From the NCBI RefSeq assembly GCF_000497125.1, contig NC_090598.1, forward strand, positions 310,001 to 374,000: a stretch of DNA of 64,000 nt, written 5' to 3'. Within the stretch, counting starts at the first letter, position 1; each line of letters begins with the position of its first letter. Origin of the DNA: Spironucleus salmonicida (lineage: Eukaryota). Under the pieces are notes generated by a model that made no database searches, was not told where the DNA came from, and saw only the letters and a list, made by a program, of their open reading frames with translations. This document shows positions 11,083 through 26,111 of this stretch, in pieces. The position numbers and the translations under genes were made by a program.

Positions 11083-14000
11083 ATGAAGAGGTTAAAACAA
11101 TTGCTAAAACCAGAAAATAATCAGACGTGTAATAAAAATGTAAAGGAATATGAATGTTATTTTAACTGTAAAACTTGTAATGTCGTTGATGATGCTATGT
11201 ATTGCTAAAAATGTTTTTATTCTGGCAATCATATAGATCATGACTGGACTTGCATTAAAAATGTAGAGGGAGTTTGTGACTGTGGTGACATGTCTGCTCT
11301 TAAATAAGGATGCTTCACACATACTATTAATTCTGACGAGGTTTAGTGGAATTTAATGTTTGAGAATTATACAGATTTAGAATTAAATGAAATTTATAAA
11401 ATAATATTAAGTAATATGAAAAATTAGACCTTATTTACTTTTATAAGCGGACATCGGGTTTTAATAGAAATTTTTTTCTTCATTTATTTAACTAAAGCAG
11501 ATATATTATAGTTAAAAAATTTCAATAAAGCAATTAATATTATTTTAATGAGCGATTAAGACACACTAATTGAAGATGTACTATATAATTAATAATTTCA
11601 TGATATTATAGTAGATAGTTTATTAATTAGAAGAGTATTTTTGTTTAAATTGTCAAAATTTTTGCCAAATCTATATGTGAGACATACGGATTTTTTTTCA
11701 TCTCTCAACTCATGCTAATTTTTATAATCAGCTTATGGGTTTTAATATTTGGTTGATACTTAATTTTTTAAAGATATTTTAATTTTCTAATCAAAATTTT
11801 TTTAAGATGAAACTTTAATCACACAATACGAACAATTATTTTTGGGATCATATAATAAGGTACCTTAGTTTCAGTATATTGTTAGAGATAATTTGGAATT
11901 TATGAAGGCATTTGTAGATTTTTAAATTTAATAGTCAATATCACTTATAGCACCTTACAATGAATATCCAAATTTTGATATTTATCTGTCATAACTTTTT
12001 AGATAAAATTAAGTTAATTCGTCTTATATAAGCCCTTTGTATAAGTTTGCTGATGCATGTGGATATGAATATTACAAGTTTGATCAGCTCGAGTTTATGA
12101 GCTCAATGCTTTCTACTGATGTTAACACTATCTCATAAAAATATTCGGCAATCATAGCTAACTTGATTGATTATTATTTAGAGAAAGAATATTTCCGGAT
12201 TGATATAAATTTATTTTAGTTTTATCCATCTTATGTACCATAACTTATGTTCATCAAATTAGTGTCATTGTATAATTTGGACGTAAAATAGTTTTTTGAT
12301 TAGATTTGTAATTAAGTAAAAACTTCCATTACCAAAGATAAATTAATTTTATAATTAATTTAATAGTTTATTAGAATATATTGGTTTTTGACTACTTTAA
12401 ATTGGAAAATATTTCCAAGAAATCATGATGATAACTAAGAAATTAATAATGTATTATTACAAGAAGTATATTTTATGGATTATTTTAACCTGATGAATTC
12501 GTTCACAACACGAATAATCACTTTAGCTAACTAAAATATTATTTAACTTGTTGATAAATGTTTACCATAGTTTGACTAAGATGCTAATAATTATTTTTTT
12601 GTAAAGTTTATTTTAAATATTATAATGGATAAGACAATACCAAATTATGAGAAACTGGTTTAGTATTTTACCATGTAATGTTTTACCTTTACAGAAGATT
12701 TTGCATAATCAATTAAAGGCTTATAAAATTGCTATTATGATAAAGGATTATAAATTTAATTAAAATTTCTTATGGGTAAATGTAATGTTATTAAATCAAT
12801 TGTTTCAGATACCAAATATTAGTTAAAAATGTTTGATGAATTATAGTATTTTTAACTTCTTGATACTTAAACCTAAATTATTATTAATTATTCTTTAATG
12901 AAAGGATAAACAACACTTCTACCATAGTTTTTACACTATGAAGAATTTATTAACTATAAAAATTTAGAATTCATTAAATCTAATATTAATATTGAAGATT
13001 TTATTAGGTAATCTATATAAGAAAAAAGCCCAAATAAGGATCTTTACTATTATATTTCTTTATGTCTTCTATTAAAACTGAATACGAATGGATCTCAAAA
13101 CTGTACTGATATTTTAAACATATATTCTGATGATCATTTAACGTTATTTATTGGTAATGAAGTATAATAATTAGGATTTAAATAAAAAATCACAGTTTTA
13201 CAAAGATATAGCATATTAAAGGATAAGTACCAATAATAATCATCTACTCTTCTTATTCAAGATTTCTAGATGAATAGAAACAAAAAAGTTGATGAAAATA
13301 ATAAACAAATTTGCTGTGCGTGCCATTAAATTATAGAAGAAGATAAAGCTATATGTCTGTATGATATTTATCCTAGAACACTTAACTTATTCAATCTTGA
13401 TACACTTAGAACATGCAAGCATTTGCACCACTAATAATGTGTGGATATAGGTTTTGGATGTGCAATTTGTCCAAAAGATAATTAGTTTTACTTGTATCAT
13501 GTTTTAAAGTAAAATTCATGTTCAAGTTTCTAGAAAGATGATTAGTTGCTTAATATACTATAGTAACTCAACGTTGACTTATAATAAGTATACACATAAT
13601 TTACATAACTTGTCGATTAAGCATTAATCTAACCTTTTGCTTAATAAGATCAGATAAGATTAAAAATGTATCTCAAAGAGTAACTTTATATTATGTAATA
13701 ACTGTACTACCAAAATATTATTATTTTAGATAATTCTGAAATTGCGAAGGTAATTAAAAAGGAGTTATAGTTTGAGACATTTGTAAAGTAAATTATTTAG
13801 ATTGAAAAATTTTCTATAGTAGTAGATTTACCTAAATCAACATACTATATAATTAATCTAATGGGAACTCAAAAATGTTATTATTGTTCTAATTAGCTAA
13901 AACATTCAATATCAACTTTTCAATGTTTATCTTGTGGTAAATTTTACCACCATACTTGCCTAACTACAATTTTAGGATGCGATTGTCGTAGTAAAAATTC

Positions 14001-14277
14001 TTATATTATTGATTATACTAATATGACAATTCTAAACTATTAAACAGAAATGAGTTTCAGAGCTCCATATAGATCAAAAATTGGTACAATAGCTTCAAGT
14101 CTAGAAGGTCCAGAATCATTTTTAGACTTAGGCTTGCTCAGCCATCTTATTTTCCTAATAATTACCGGAGATATTTATATATAACAAGATGACAATCAGC
14201 TTTTGCTCAGGGATGACTAATCTGGATCGGAATAATACTATTCTGATAGCTACGAAGACGAAGACTTTGAAATGTGA
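11083..14277 (+). CDS. UBR-box / RING-H2 E3 ubiquitin ligase (N-recognin, UBR1-like), 1064 aa
   Basis: UBR box CKTC...YCQKCF..GNHIDHD...GVCDCGD; RING-like CCACH...TCKHLHHQQC...CAIC near 13310-13475. Confidence 0.9.
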
Positions 14278-14288
14278 TAATAATTCAT

Positions 14289-14717
14289 TCATTGTGATAT
14301 TTTTTCATTTTTATGATCAAAAAACTATTACAGTAAGGTTATAGCCTGCTATTCATAAGTAGTATCTTACTGCCAATTCAGCTTTTAATCTTAAATACCT
14401 TTCAAACTGCAAATTCCACCAAATTTGTCATTTTTTGCAGCGAAGATAACTTTCTAAATCCCTGCCTATGCAAGAGCTGCCGCACACATTATGCAAGGTT
14501 CTACTGTAGTGTAGCAAATTACGTTAGATAGATTCGCATATTTTTCGTTTTATAGTTACTCAATCATATATAGACATTTAATTTCAGCGTGTAGAATAGA
14601 CGAGAATGAATCATTATACGCTGTTGCTAAAACTATTCCATCACACATCATCGCGCAGCCTATTGGGACATGCTTCTCCACAAGTGCGATTCTGGCTACT
14701 TCCATAGCCCTCTCCAT
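14289..14717 (-). CDS. ADAT2: tRNA-specific adenosine deaminase (Tad2/ADAT2), 142 aa
   Basis: VPIGC, HAE, TVEPCIMC and NDKFGG motifs. Confidence 0.85.
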
Positions 14718-14744
14718 TTTAATTAAAAATTATATAATTCCCAA

Positions 14745-17405
14745 TCACTATTACGCTTTTTTCATGCTCTCCTTTCTCCTCTGTACCTTGACCTCGATAA
14801 CCTGCTCCTCGACATCGTCAATTTGCATCTGGCATTATCTCACCCTCTCGAGCCCCAAGAAGCTTTGGAACCCCTTTAAACCGACCCCACGAACGGCCTC
14901 AGTTGCGATTTAAACGCTCCCAGCCAAGCTACGGAGCCCGTTTTTGAACTATGCATCGGTCACGCCATTAAACCTCTAAACAAACACCTAAACGCTCTAA
15001 ATCAGAGCCTGCAGGTCGCTGCCGGAGCCTTTTCGCAACATGTCCCCAAAAACACCAGCGAGCTCTGCAGCGCAATCCTCGCCGATTTGGGCCCACAAAC
15101 TCGCCTATTTCGAATCGCGAGCAATCATCAGAATACACTTCTCCACAACATCGAAAACACCCATTTTGCACGCTGCCTGGATGCAGAAAATAGGCTGCTT
15201 CTCGTAGTTTTGGACCACGAAATCGCGATTTACGCCCGTAAGAACTCCCTAAATCCGGCCGAATTTCCGCTCGAAAACGACGATTCCGAAGCTCGTCGCC
15301 ACGTAAATAAAGCGCTGATTTGTACTGATTTTGATGGAAATCACGCGCGCTTCAAGTTTGCGCTGCTCAATTTGCTGGATTGGATCGAAAAATCGACGCG
15401 TTTTGAGGTCGATTTTCTGTGTCAAATTGATCAAATTCCGCTCGTCTGCAGTGACCTGCGGCAGTTTGTGCGTCCGTAGTTGCTCAGAAACGCTATCAGA
15501 ATCGATGTTTTCGAAGTCCAAATTGATCGAAATTTAGAGCTTTTGAACCATTGTGAGAACCTTCCCATTCGAAATGTTATAAATTAAGAGATATTTCGAG
15601 TAGCCGCCGAGAATTAGCAGGTCTCCTTATATTGCTAGTGAAGTTATTTGAGTAGATTTGTGATTTTTGTTGATTATTCCCTACCTGAGTAGCGTTGCAG
15701 CATTGATATGGTTGATTTGGGTTGCGGATTCAACATCAAATACGCTTATACAGCCATTTGCCAGGAACACTGCTACCTGAGTATTCTCCATGAATGCGAA
15801 ACCGAGTATTTCGTGTGTTTCATCAAGGGTGGAAATCGGCTTTCCTGAAGAGAATGTATCCATGATTCTCAACGTTTTGTCCCAGGATGTCGAATATAGC
15901 TCACCGTTACCGGTTGGGTTGAATTTAAGCTATGAGATCGGTCCTGTATGATACTTGCATGAATCAATTAGAAGAGATGTTCTAAGATCGAAAATGTTTA
16001 CGTTAAACTGTTGGTCAGAAGCTGCAATTATTTCGCCACTGGGATCGACAGAAACGTGGTCAAATGAGTTATTCTCAGTTTTAAATGTCCTAAAAATAAT
16101 GTTTTTCTTTAAATCATAGCAAATAACTGAGTCAATGCCAGCACTTACAAGAGCTTTGCTGGATTTAAAGAATTAAATATCTCTGACATCACCATTATGT
16201 GCTTGGAAGCGAGTTTGAACTTAGTTTTTAAAAATGTCAAATATGATAATCTCACCGTTAATTTAACCAATAGCAATAAATCTATTATCTGGAGAGATAT
16301 CAAAGGCCTGCATATTTATAGCAGTTTGATCATTTGTTTCCAATACTTGTGTCTGGAAATTATATATTTTAACTGTTTTCTCGTATTTACTTGACATGGC
16401 GACATATTAATTATTATAAGATAAAATAGATGTAATTGGATAAGGAGAAAGTGAAACTGTATGATTGATTTCGCTATCAACTATATAGTAGTAATGACCA
16501 TTTGATAAGCCTAACGATAATGCCTTTTTAGATGAGTTATAATGAGATGTAGTAACTATTGGATTTGGTTATTAATCTTCTTCAAAAATATTTTACTATG
16601 ATTTTAAGTAAAAAGAAACAAAGGGATGTTAGTTGTCTTCTAATATGAATCCAGGCTCCCAATATTATATATTACCAGATTGAAGTGTAACTATCAAGTT
16701 AAAATTAGCAAATTCCCCAGAAGAGTACTTATCATTAATTAATTCAAATTCTTCTGGAATTAAAGTTTATAACTTTAACTTTGATAAATAACTTAAAACA
16801 TCAAATGATTCGTTATTAGGCTATAAGTGAACATCCCGAATTGGATCAGGAGACTAAATAATAAATGGATGTCTTTCAAACATTTAGAATAATAATCTTT
16901 ACTCTTATAATGATTAAATTCGACTATCTAAATAAAATTAAACAGGTTATATTTAAATGTTAGACTTATTAGAAGCTACAATAAAGTTATTATCCATTGA
17001 AAATTTGACTGAAGAAGGTTTGAACGGAAGAAGGAACTGATATATTTAATTTTAATTACTAGAATTTAAAATAATTATTGTGTTACCAGAGTTATACATA
17101 AAGAATTAACCATCATCCGAAAATTAAATTGACTAGATATTAACCACTCTTTTTGTAAATACAGGTAAATAGTTCCTATTATAAAAAGTAATGGTCTAAC
17201 GGGAGTCTAATATACAGATAAATTCTTTTGATACTCCAAACTAGACTATATTGAATAAAGACTCAAATGGAAGTACTTGTGAAGAATTGCTCTTTACTGT
17301 ATATGTCTTTAAGTAATTATAAGCAGAAGAATATACAATACCTTCTAATTCTACAATACCAGCATCTGTATTAGCAGAAGCAAGTACATCTTAAAACTAG
17401 AACAT
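14745..17405 (-). CDS. PWP2: Periodic tryptophan protein 2 (Utp1), WD40 SSU processome factor, 886 aa
   Basis: FRTF..ENNSFDHVSVDPSGEII...HTGPISQLKFNP...STSWDKTLRIMDTF matches PWP2; N-terminal VLPFESLFNI. Confidence 0.9.
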
Positions 17406-17456
17406 TTTTTTAAAGTGAAAAATAAAAATTTATTATTATTATACATTATATTTACG

Positions 17457-18977
17457 TCATATCAAAAGCACTTCTGCATCAACAAGTTCGATAAATAAAT
17501 ACTAAAACTCAATATCCTCAAATAAATAAACCTACTTCCCACTCTAAGTTAAAGATGCAATTTACCCTTCTAACCTTAAAACAATTAGATCTCCTGCTTT
17601 GAAACTAAGATGTTATAATGGTTCATACTTTCCATTTACAAAACAACCCTTCGAAAATACAGAATTTACAGACTTTAATACCCTGGAATTGGTTTGGCTA
17701 AAACCGACTGAAAATCTCGTGTTTGCACGTACTAATTTAAATTAGAATATTTGAATTCCTTCAGATAACTTAAGGAAAAATCTCGAAGGTTCCTAGTTGA
17801 TCCAGGAGTGAGACGCTCGGTGATTTTGACAGGTCCCGATATTATTAATATTCGTTGTTTCGAATTATTGGTTTAGCACATCGATGTCCGCTTGGTCGAG
17901 TTCAACGCCTTCTCGAGAGCGAAGAATTAATTCAAAAGGGCCCGTTTCATTAAAGCTTAAGTTGAAGAAAATAGATGTTCTAGTTTATTTTGAAGGAATT
18001 TTTTCGATTTATGTCGTTAGCAGATTTCTAACTTCCAGAAAGGCACCTTCTACAGGAGGAGCTGTAACTACTTCGTATATATTGTTCACACAAAATTCTA
18101 ACGGCAAAACTAAGCTAGCTGACGTCCTTTCGTTGCCGATCGTTTATCCACCAGGAATAACACGGAGAGATGTTCTAGGCATAAATTTAGTACTAGATGT
18201 CTCTAAAGATGGATCTGTTGATCCATTTTGACTGCCTAATTTTTACACAACACCTAGTTGTTATTCTATTCTGGTGAGTCTAACATTTAGGTCTTAGTAT
18301 ACTTTTTCAACTTAATTATTAGCGGCTATATATGTTTTATTAATGCCAAGAAGATGCTTTCCTAGTAAGTTTAAGTCTGCAAAATGCTCATTAGCAAGTG
18401 ATTTAGGGTATTTTTCTTAACAAAATTCACATTCTTCTTCAGCATAAGAGCATCTCTCAAGGTGAAGTATCATATCTCCACGAGGTATTGAAACACTGCA
18501 TCCATTAACACAAGGTATTAAAAAGCGACCACAAAACTGAAAATGGTCTTACATAGCACTAGCTTCTAAAATAATACCACAAAATTCACAACTAACTAAC
18601 CTTTTGTTACAAAACTTTTATAAATGTTCATAAATATCCATATTGGCTACAAATTTTCCGCAATCATTAGGACAACAAAGTTTTGCTTATTTACAAGATT
18701 TAGAATGAGATAATAAGTCGTTGTATGAAACAATTGCATCACAAAAGCATCTATATTTTGAAGTTTTTAATTAACTCTATAATAGATCATCTTGTTTAAT
18801 ATCTATAACCGGTGAGTTACAAACGCAACAGGAACTACCACAAAGTTAGGCGCAATAATCACATAATTAGCAGTTACAAGGCTAAATTTTTTACCCTGTA
18901 AATGCAGAATTAGTACACTTAGAGCACTATAGATTACTATTCGTATTGGATATTGTTTCTTTTACCATAGGATACAT
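17457..18977 (-). CDS. RING plus TRAF-type zinc finger protein, 506 aa
   Basis: CSKC...PCNCQLCDYC...CCVC RING-like; repeated CPNDC...HLQKFC, CEFC...HFQFC, CVNGC...HLERC fingers. Confidence 0.85.
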
Positions 18978-19172
18978 TTTTAAAAGAAATGAGAGACATA
19001 TATATTTACATAAAATAAACCAAATATATATTTGTGTTAAAATTAATTTATTATATAGATATACAACATTATATTAAAAATGATAAATTTATATTGTTAT
19101 GTGTTTTTTAAATAAAAAATGATAGTTTTTAGATAATTATATTATTATAATAGAAATATAGTATATATAATA

Positions 19173-21950
19173 TCACCTCTTTTTAGCAATAGTCCTCTGT
19201 TTTTCTGCATCCTCCACAATATCTTCCACAATCAGGCCTTTTTTCATCAATATATCAACTACAACTAATTCTGCTTCAGACTAATGTTTACCTTAAACTC
19301 CCCATTCTACCTCGTCATCTTCTCCTATTAGGCCTCTTCTGGGATCTTCTTCAAGTAAAATATCTTCAATTCCCAAAAATTCGACTTCGGCCTGGCCAGA
19401 GGCGGCTGAGCGCATTTCTCTAGGAAAAACAAGCCCAAACCTAACCGGAATAAATGCTTAAATTTAAACTGTCTTTTAAGTAAAATTATTAAAATTAATT
19501 TACTTAGCATTAAATTTTTAAAGAACTTGTAACGAACTTTACTAAACATTAAGAGGAGTTGAAATTACTGTTATAAGATGGGGCTCAGATATACGTAAAT
19601 TTGACTATGTGATAGTACATCTGATGAAGTATGATATTGAGGCCAACGAAGACGTAATTGAAGGTCTTAATGTCAAAAAATAATTTGAGAACTATGAAGA
19701 AATAATTTAGTATAGGTCTGTTGGGTTATCATAATTAGATGTCAACATTTCCTACTTATTAAGACTAATAAAAATAGATAGATTTTCTATTTATTCTAAA
19801 CAAAGTGGGCCAGAATTGATGTTTGATATAAAAGCATGTTTTATTATAAGTTACCAAAGATTATCTAAATTTTAGGACATAAACAACTTATTATTATATT
19901 TATCCTCATAAATGATGTCGAAATTGGCAATAGAACTATTGTTTTGCACCGTTGGAAGCACAAACGCTTCTAAATTATATTTTATAGCAGTAAATTCAGT
20001 ATTTAACTCATTTTTCATAATTAATAATTCTAATCCTTATATATGAATGTCATTTTTCAACTGATTTTAGCTTTATAACCCAAGGTATTCATAGTACAGC
20101 GGCATATAATCTAAATAGTTTGAAATCACAGGAATGTTCTTAACAAAAACCTATCGTTTTAATGCATTAGTATCATCTGAAAAAATACTCTAATAAACAA
20201 AATTTTAATTCTCAAGCAAAGTCTCCGTTAACTTTGGATATTTTTTCAAATAGTTATTCTTTTGCGCATTGACAGGGACCTCCTTTATTTTAAATGTGGA
20301 GTCACTTATCACAAATCTAATATTTTCGGCCAATTTGGTAATATTTTCAATACATAAATCTAAGTGTACATCTCCACAAACACTCAGCTAAAGCTCACCC
20401 TGTGATGAGATCTAAAACGAACAGCTATTATCATATTTAGCAAAATATGCCAAAACCTCGCTAAGTTTACCAAATTCTGAAAAAAGTTCAGTGAATAAAG
20501 TGACAGTGATTAATGGCTTCTAGTATTTTAAAATATTAAAATTTATTTATCTAACTTTTTCTCCAATTACTTATATTTGATCAGCATTGATCTCTACAAC
20601 CTATCTGCGTCCCTTTAACATCAATTTAGCTGAAATACTAAAATCACCTAAACCATCCCCGTCAACTTCCGCTTCTTCGTCATAAACTTAATACAAAATG
20701 CTGTTATTACACAACTAAACATCTGTTCCAATAACGATTAAGCAGCCGCTAGAATAGCAATTTGTTTATGTAATTCTTACATATTTACCAAATGGTTAAT
20801 ATATATTATTAATTTATACCAGCTCCCCCTTTTCAGTGTAAAATTTCCTGTCTAGTTAGAGCTATAAATTATCGTTTTTTACGACTCGAACAATTGCTAA
20901 GAAATTATCAGTTACATCTTTTGAATTAATTTAAAGTTTATCGAGTTATTTTAACCCAGCTAAAATCGAATCAATTTCTGTGATTTAATACAACTTTTAG
21001 ATGTATAAATTTGGCTTGCATATATTATTTTATATTATTTGATCAAATACAACCTGACTTAAAGCAAAAATTGTCTACAAAAGCCACATTGGAAGGTCTG
21101 TTTGCTACATAATTTGCGGTGGGCTTAAGTTGAGCTTTTGAACCAATTTGAGTGTTTTCTTGGGCTTTTTATACGCATTTTCAATTATTTCTAGTACATA
21201 TGTCATGAGACAGCGGCCTGAACCTTGCTTAATTCCAGTTTCCGTCAAAATTGTGTTTGGGAGAGCAATTTTTTAAATCAGCGCTTCAAGTTGAATAGAG
21301 CCAAGTTATGGGGCAAGTTTTTAGACAATTTTAGCTGCTTCATAACAGTCGAAACCCCACTTATCGATACCGCTGCAGATAATGACATTTTTAGCGAAAT
21401 CGAAGTATTCAGTACCTAATTCTTAGTTCACTTCTGCGATGACTTCTAAAATTCTATCAAAAACAGCTACTGACGACATTTAAAGCTCACAAAATAATCT
21501 GTCTGTTTTATTTAGCCCAAGTATTATATTGATATTGAGCTATTTCAGCATTTTCATGATTGCCCGTGTTTGGGAGGAGACCGATTCTACAATATCTACG
21601 AGGAGTAGAGCTGAATCTGAGAGGGCAAGCGCCTAAAGAACCTCCGACTGGAAATCACAATGACCGGGTGAGTCGAAAAGATGGAAAAGGGCCGGATATG
21701 GTTTTTCGAAGCGTTTGGAGACTGAGACCAATGACACTGCTGAGGATTTCATTGTAATGCATCGTTGTTATTCAAGAGGAAGGAAGTCCAAGGTGCGCAG
21801 CTCGCCTGCTTGCTGGTGATTGACTAGGTCATTTGAGGCTAGGAGGGAATCTGAAAGTGATGTTTTGCCGTGATCAATATGGGCACAAATTGTAAAATTG
21901 AAAATACGGTCTGAGTGCCCTTAAAGTTTTTAAATAAGATCTAATGTCAT
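19173..21950 (-). CDS. EFL1: Elongation factor-like GTPase 1 (Ria1/EFL1), 925 aa
   Basis: AHIDHGKTSLSDSLL, RCITMKSS, DSPGHCDF, NKTDRL; C-terminal EDAEKQRTIAKKR typical of EFL1. Confidence 0.92.
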
Positions 21951-22016
21951 TAAGGAATGGAAACTAGTAATAAACTATTATTTTATATAAATAATGAATT
22001 AATATAAAAATTTCAA

Positions 22017-23003
22017 ATGTCAGCAAATTCTTTTAGTAATCATACAGGATAATTAAGAAAAAATTTACCAAAATTTGTTAAAAATTACTGTTCCAATTAC
22101 TATATCTCAGGTATGAGAACTAATGTACAGATGCAAGGATATGCTCTTACTAATTTTTCTGGTACAGAATAGGAGGGTTCGTTTTCGAATAATAAGTCAG
22201 ATAACATGACACCAGTAATTTTGGATAGTTATTAATCATTTGAAAAACATGACGAAGTTAGTATTCTTTCTGCTCAAAATGAAGTACTTATTAGTACACC
22301 AACGAAATAAATTTATATAAATGCTTAAGAATAATTAGAGAAAATTAATGATAAATTAAATTCATATAATTCCAATGCTCCAATAGTTTCATTAGATGGA
22401 TAAACACCACAGACTTCTCAGTTAGATAAATCAAACGTAGTTATTAAATCAACTTCAGTCTAGAATTTATATAACTAAGTATTTAATGCATCAAAAATAA
22501 AGCACTTGAAGAAAAATAACGAATTGCATCCTGATTTTACTAAGACACTCAATCCATAAAAGTTAACTGAAGAATAACTTTTAGTACAATTACTAGCAAA
22601 ATATGAACCAGATCTGTTACACGCTTTATAGAGACACAGGAAATAAAGAAGAACAAGAGTTGATGAAAATGGTAATTTAATTAGTTAAGAGACTTCAATG
22701 ACAAATATGACCTGTATGGCCGAAACACCTAGCTAATTTATGGGCAAATTAAAAAGAAATTATTAACATAAAGTTGACGAATCTATTAAATAATAAACAA
22801 TTATAGATAAACATCACTATCTTAAAAATAAAATTAGAGCCTTATAAGCAGAAATAGACAGCGGTAAGGTAAAAGTTATTAATGCTAGAACTTAACTAGA
22901 ATAAGTATCAGTAGTTCTTGGTGAATAATTAGCTATGAATGAAAAGCATGAAGAAAATCTTTGCGATATGAAAATATCATAAGCAGAGCGTATGGGATTT
23001 TGA
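22017..23003 (+). CDS. Hypothetical protein with C-terminal coiled coil, 328 aa
   Basis: Open table-6 frame MSANSFSNH...AERMGF*. Confidence 0.8.
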
Positions 23004-23053
23004 TTGATGAAATTTTTAAACTCTATAAATATATATCGCACAATCAAATATAA

Positions 23054-23353
23054 TCAATCAACCTGAGGGATCTAAATGATGATCATGATATATTCTTTAT
23101 CAGGAGCAATTAGAATTTCATGTTTTTTAGAGCGTAAGCGTATAAGGCGTAACTCATCAGCACTATCAAGTGCTTTAATAAGAGCTTTATCAGCTTTCAT
23201 TGTTAAATGTGAAAAGATACCAGCATACAATGATGCTAGTTCTTCATCAAGTGATGTACGGATAGGAAACCCATCTTTGGTAATAATAACAACTCCTTCT
23301 ACACCTTTACATGTAGTAATAGCCTTTAAATACTCATCAACTTCCTGAGCCAT
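23054..23353 (-). CDS. DYNLRB: Dynein light chain roadblock-type (LC7), 99 aa
   Basis: KGVEGVVI...PIRTSL...[27 protein letters not shown](TAG)-IPQVD*; the TAG sits at the conserved Gln. Confidence 0.95.
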
Positions 23354-23487
23354 GAATTTGCGGAAGGAAAATTCATCTATATTACTAAATTATATAATAC
23401 TTATATAAATCATAAATTATTAAAATATAATAAAAACAATATTATTCAGTTTATATATAAATAAGTCAAGCTTAATAATTGCAAGTT

Positions 23488-23494
23488 CCACTCC
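23488..23494 (+). promoter_or_regulatory. C-rich upstream box CCACTCC
   Basis: 4 nt upstream of ATG 23499. Confidence 0.55.
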
Positions 23495-23498
23495 CTAG

Positions 23499-24485
23499 AT
23501 GGATGAATTTAGATTCGGGCCAATATATTTATCCCCATAATATTATTATTTTACACATGATTACTATGCATGTATACACTAACAAATTTACCTCGTAACA
23601 CTAAAAACTATGGAAATCATTGAATTTCCAATTCCATCAAACATTGTTCCAATTTTTATAAGAGTTGCTCACACATAAAAAATTACCCAACCTCACCCTT
23701 AGATATTTATCAATACAAAAAATGGATATTATATTATTAATAATTTTGTTTTTTAGCAATCTACAAAATTAGAGGTATTCGTATTTAATGATGATGTTTA
23801 TCTTACAAATGAAAATTTAGGTGTAACTACTTAAGGAGTTATTATTAACAATGATCAATCCATTGAAATACATAATTTCCCAACATCACTTTAAAATAAT
23901 ACTATTTGTTTTAGCAATAACACTATTTGGGCTGATGGAGTTGTTTATAAAATAGAACATGGGGATGTTATGAACTATGAAAATAATATTTTAAGAATGT
24001 CAATTGAAATAAGCGAATTTTATATTTGTGAAGCATAATTAATATTAAATTATCTAGTTGTAATTACAAGTAATGGTAATTTACTTATATTTAATACCTA
24101 AAATAAAGAAATGCATCAACTAGAATGTTTTAAATGTGAAAAATCTCATATTATATACGAGGATTGGAATGGGTCTCTCATAGCTAATCATATCTATCCT
24201 ATTCATTTTATAATTTAATAGGATAATATTACTTTATACGCTATTGAATATCCTGTGAAGAATATATTCACTTAAACGACTCGAATATTTACTCGTAAAT
24301 TGCCGATTTCGTTATCTTAAAAGAAAGAACAAGACAACGAATTTCTTCCTTATAATCCAATTTAGTAAACAAGAATCGAAGACCCTGAGTTCGTTTGTTT
24401 TAGCTGCAACTTTGGGTTATATGAAAAAGATATTGACACATATTCTTGTCCTGGATGTAAAAATAAATTAGAAAAATTCATGTGA
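23499..24485 (+). CDS. Hypothetical beta-rich protein with C-terminal zinc ribbon, 328 aa
   Basis: Open frame; ends FVCFSC...YSCPGCKNKLEKFM*. Confidence 0.75.
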
Positions 24486-24531
24486 GTTTGATTATATTAG
24501 TATTTATACTAAGATTTTTGTTTATGTTAAA

Positions 24532-25158
24532 ATGTTGTTTTAAAGCTCTAGTTGGGGTGACTCAGGTATACTTAATGTTGATCAGACATTAGTATAGGTA
24601 AGCTGTGGTGTTAAAAACTATAGCTTTGTCATTAAAGATCTATTGGATGCTGTTTTTGATTTTGAAAAATTTACTTTAAAAATGGCAGATAATGAGGAAT
24701 CAATAGATATCGTTTTTAGTGACGAGAACACATGTTTCACAGTTTATTAAAAAATATCTAAATAGCTTTAATAAAAATAGTAAACACCATAAAAATCTTT
24801 AAATCCATTATGGGATTTTAGTCCACTTAAAATTATAAATTCTCAAGGATCAGACATTTTAGACTGTCTTTAACCTGATACGTCTAGCTTCAATTATGAA
24901 TAGTTATAAGAATTTATATAAAGGCTTACAGATTGTTAATAAAACATTACCAAGAAAGGAAGATAGTAAAAAATTTAAGAATTGAAGTCTAAACAGTTGA
25001 TTGCTATTTAGTTGTAAAAGCTCATGTAAGTATAAGGCGAAAAATTAAATAATATCATTAAAGAAATTAATGAATATATGAAAATGTAAAATATGTTGAA
25101 AATTGGAGAATCTTTCATACATGAGTTATCAATCTAAGTATAATAAGCAAACAAGTGA
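24532..25158 (+). CDS. Hypothetical protein with C-terminal coiled coil, 208 aa
   Basis: Open frame MLFQSSSWGDSG... ending AAG TGA. Confidence 0.75.
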
Positions 25159-25168
25159 TTTAAGTATT

Positions 25169-25915
25169 TCACAATTTATCTTCATCAAACTGAAGATAGC
25201 TTTGAGTAGCCTGTTCTAAAAGATTAACAAGTTGTTTTTCAGCAGCTTCACGTTCTCTCTTTTCTTTAAGAAGCTCAGCATTTAATCTCTTATCAATTTC
25301 AACAATCATGCCTTAGAGGTCTGTTTACCATTTAACACGAACTTATTTTTCCTGGTACAACATTTAGTTGAGAGTGCTCATAACTTACTTAACTTTATTA
25401 TCGATTTCAGCCAATTAAAATTTAGTCTATTCTCTTTCTTAAGTCATGCCGGTTTTTAATCTGGGAAGATCCTGATCAAAAATATCCTGCCTAGAATTGC
25501 ACTAGTCATTTCTGATGAATCCTTCTTATGCAACTTCTTCTTTAGCAGCTCCAGAACGGGCTTCAAAAGCTTTGATAAGATCGCGACCCATTTCAGCACG
25601 CTATTCCTCCATATTACGAATTTCTTATTAAAGGTTACCACGAACTGATTCAAGCTCATACGACTTAGCTTCGAAAACTTCTTGCAAAGACTTGGATTCT
25701 CTATCTATATCCTTGCTCAACTGGTTTAAACGCTCATTAAGAGTTTTGAATTGCTATTGGTTATAAGCATCTGCTTCAGTGACAACTGCAGTAAGCTCGG
25801 TAATACGACCCATAAGAGTATCATATTTCTGATTTCTACGAGTTTCTAAGTCAGAGCGAAGCATTGAAAGACGGCCTTATAAGTTAGTAAGACGAGATTG
25901 ATCAACTTCTGACAT
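25169..25915 (-). CDS. SF-assemblin/giardin-family coiled-coil cytoskeletal protein, 248 aa
   Basis: Segmented coiled coil ending EKREREAAEKQLVNLLEQAT, as in the striated-fibre assemblin family. Confidence 0.75.
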
Positions 25916-26094
25916 TTAAGTGGAGGGAAATTTGGAATGAGCGGAATAATTATACGTAGTATTATACATTTATATAAAAAGTTAGTTATTAACGTCAACT
26001 AATTAATAAACTTTAATACATAATATTTATATATTGATCATTTGAAGTAAATATTTTAATTCACATTATTAATTAAAATATTATTTAAAAATTA

Positions 26095-26101
26095 CCGCTC
26101 C
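26095..26101 (+). promoter_or_regulatory. C-rich upstream box CCGCTCC
   Basis: 10 nt upstream of ATG 26112; context TACCGCTCCAATTTCCAAAATG is nearly identical to TACCACTCCAATTTCTAAAATG at 1436. Confidence 0.6.
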
Positions 26102-26111
26102 AATTTCCAAA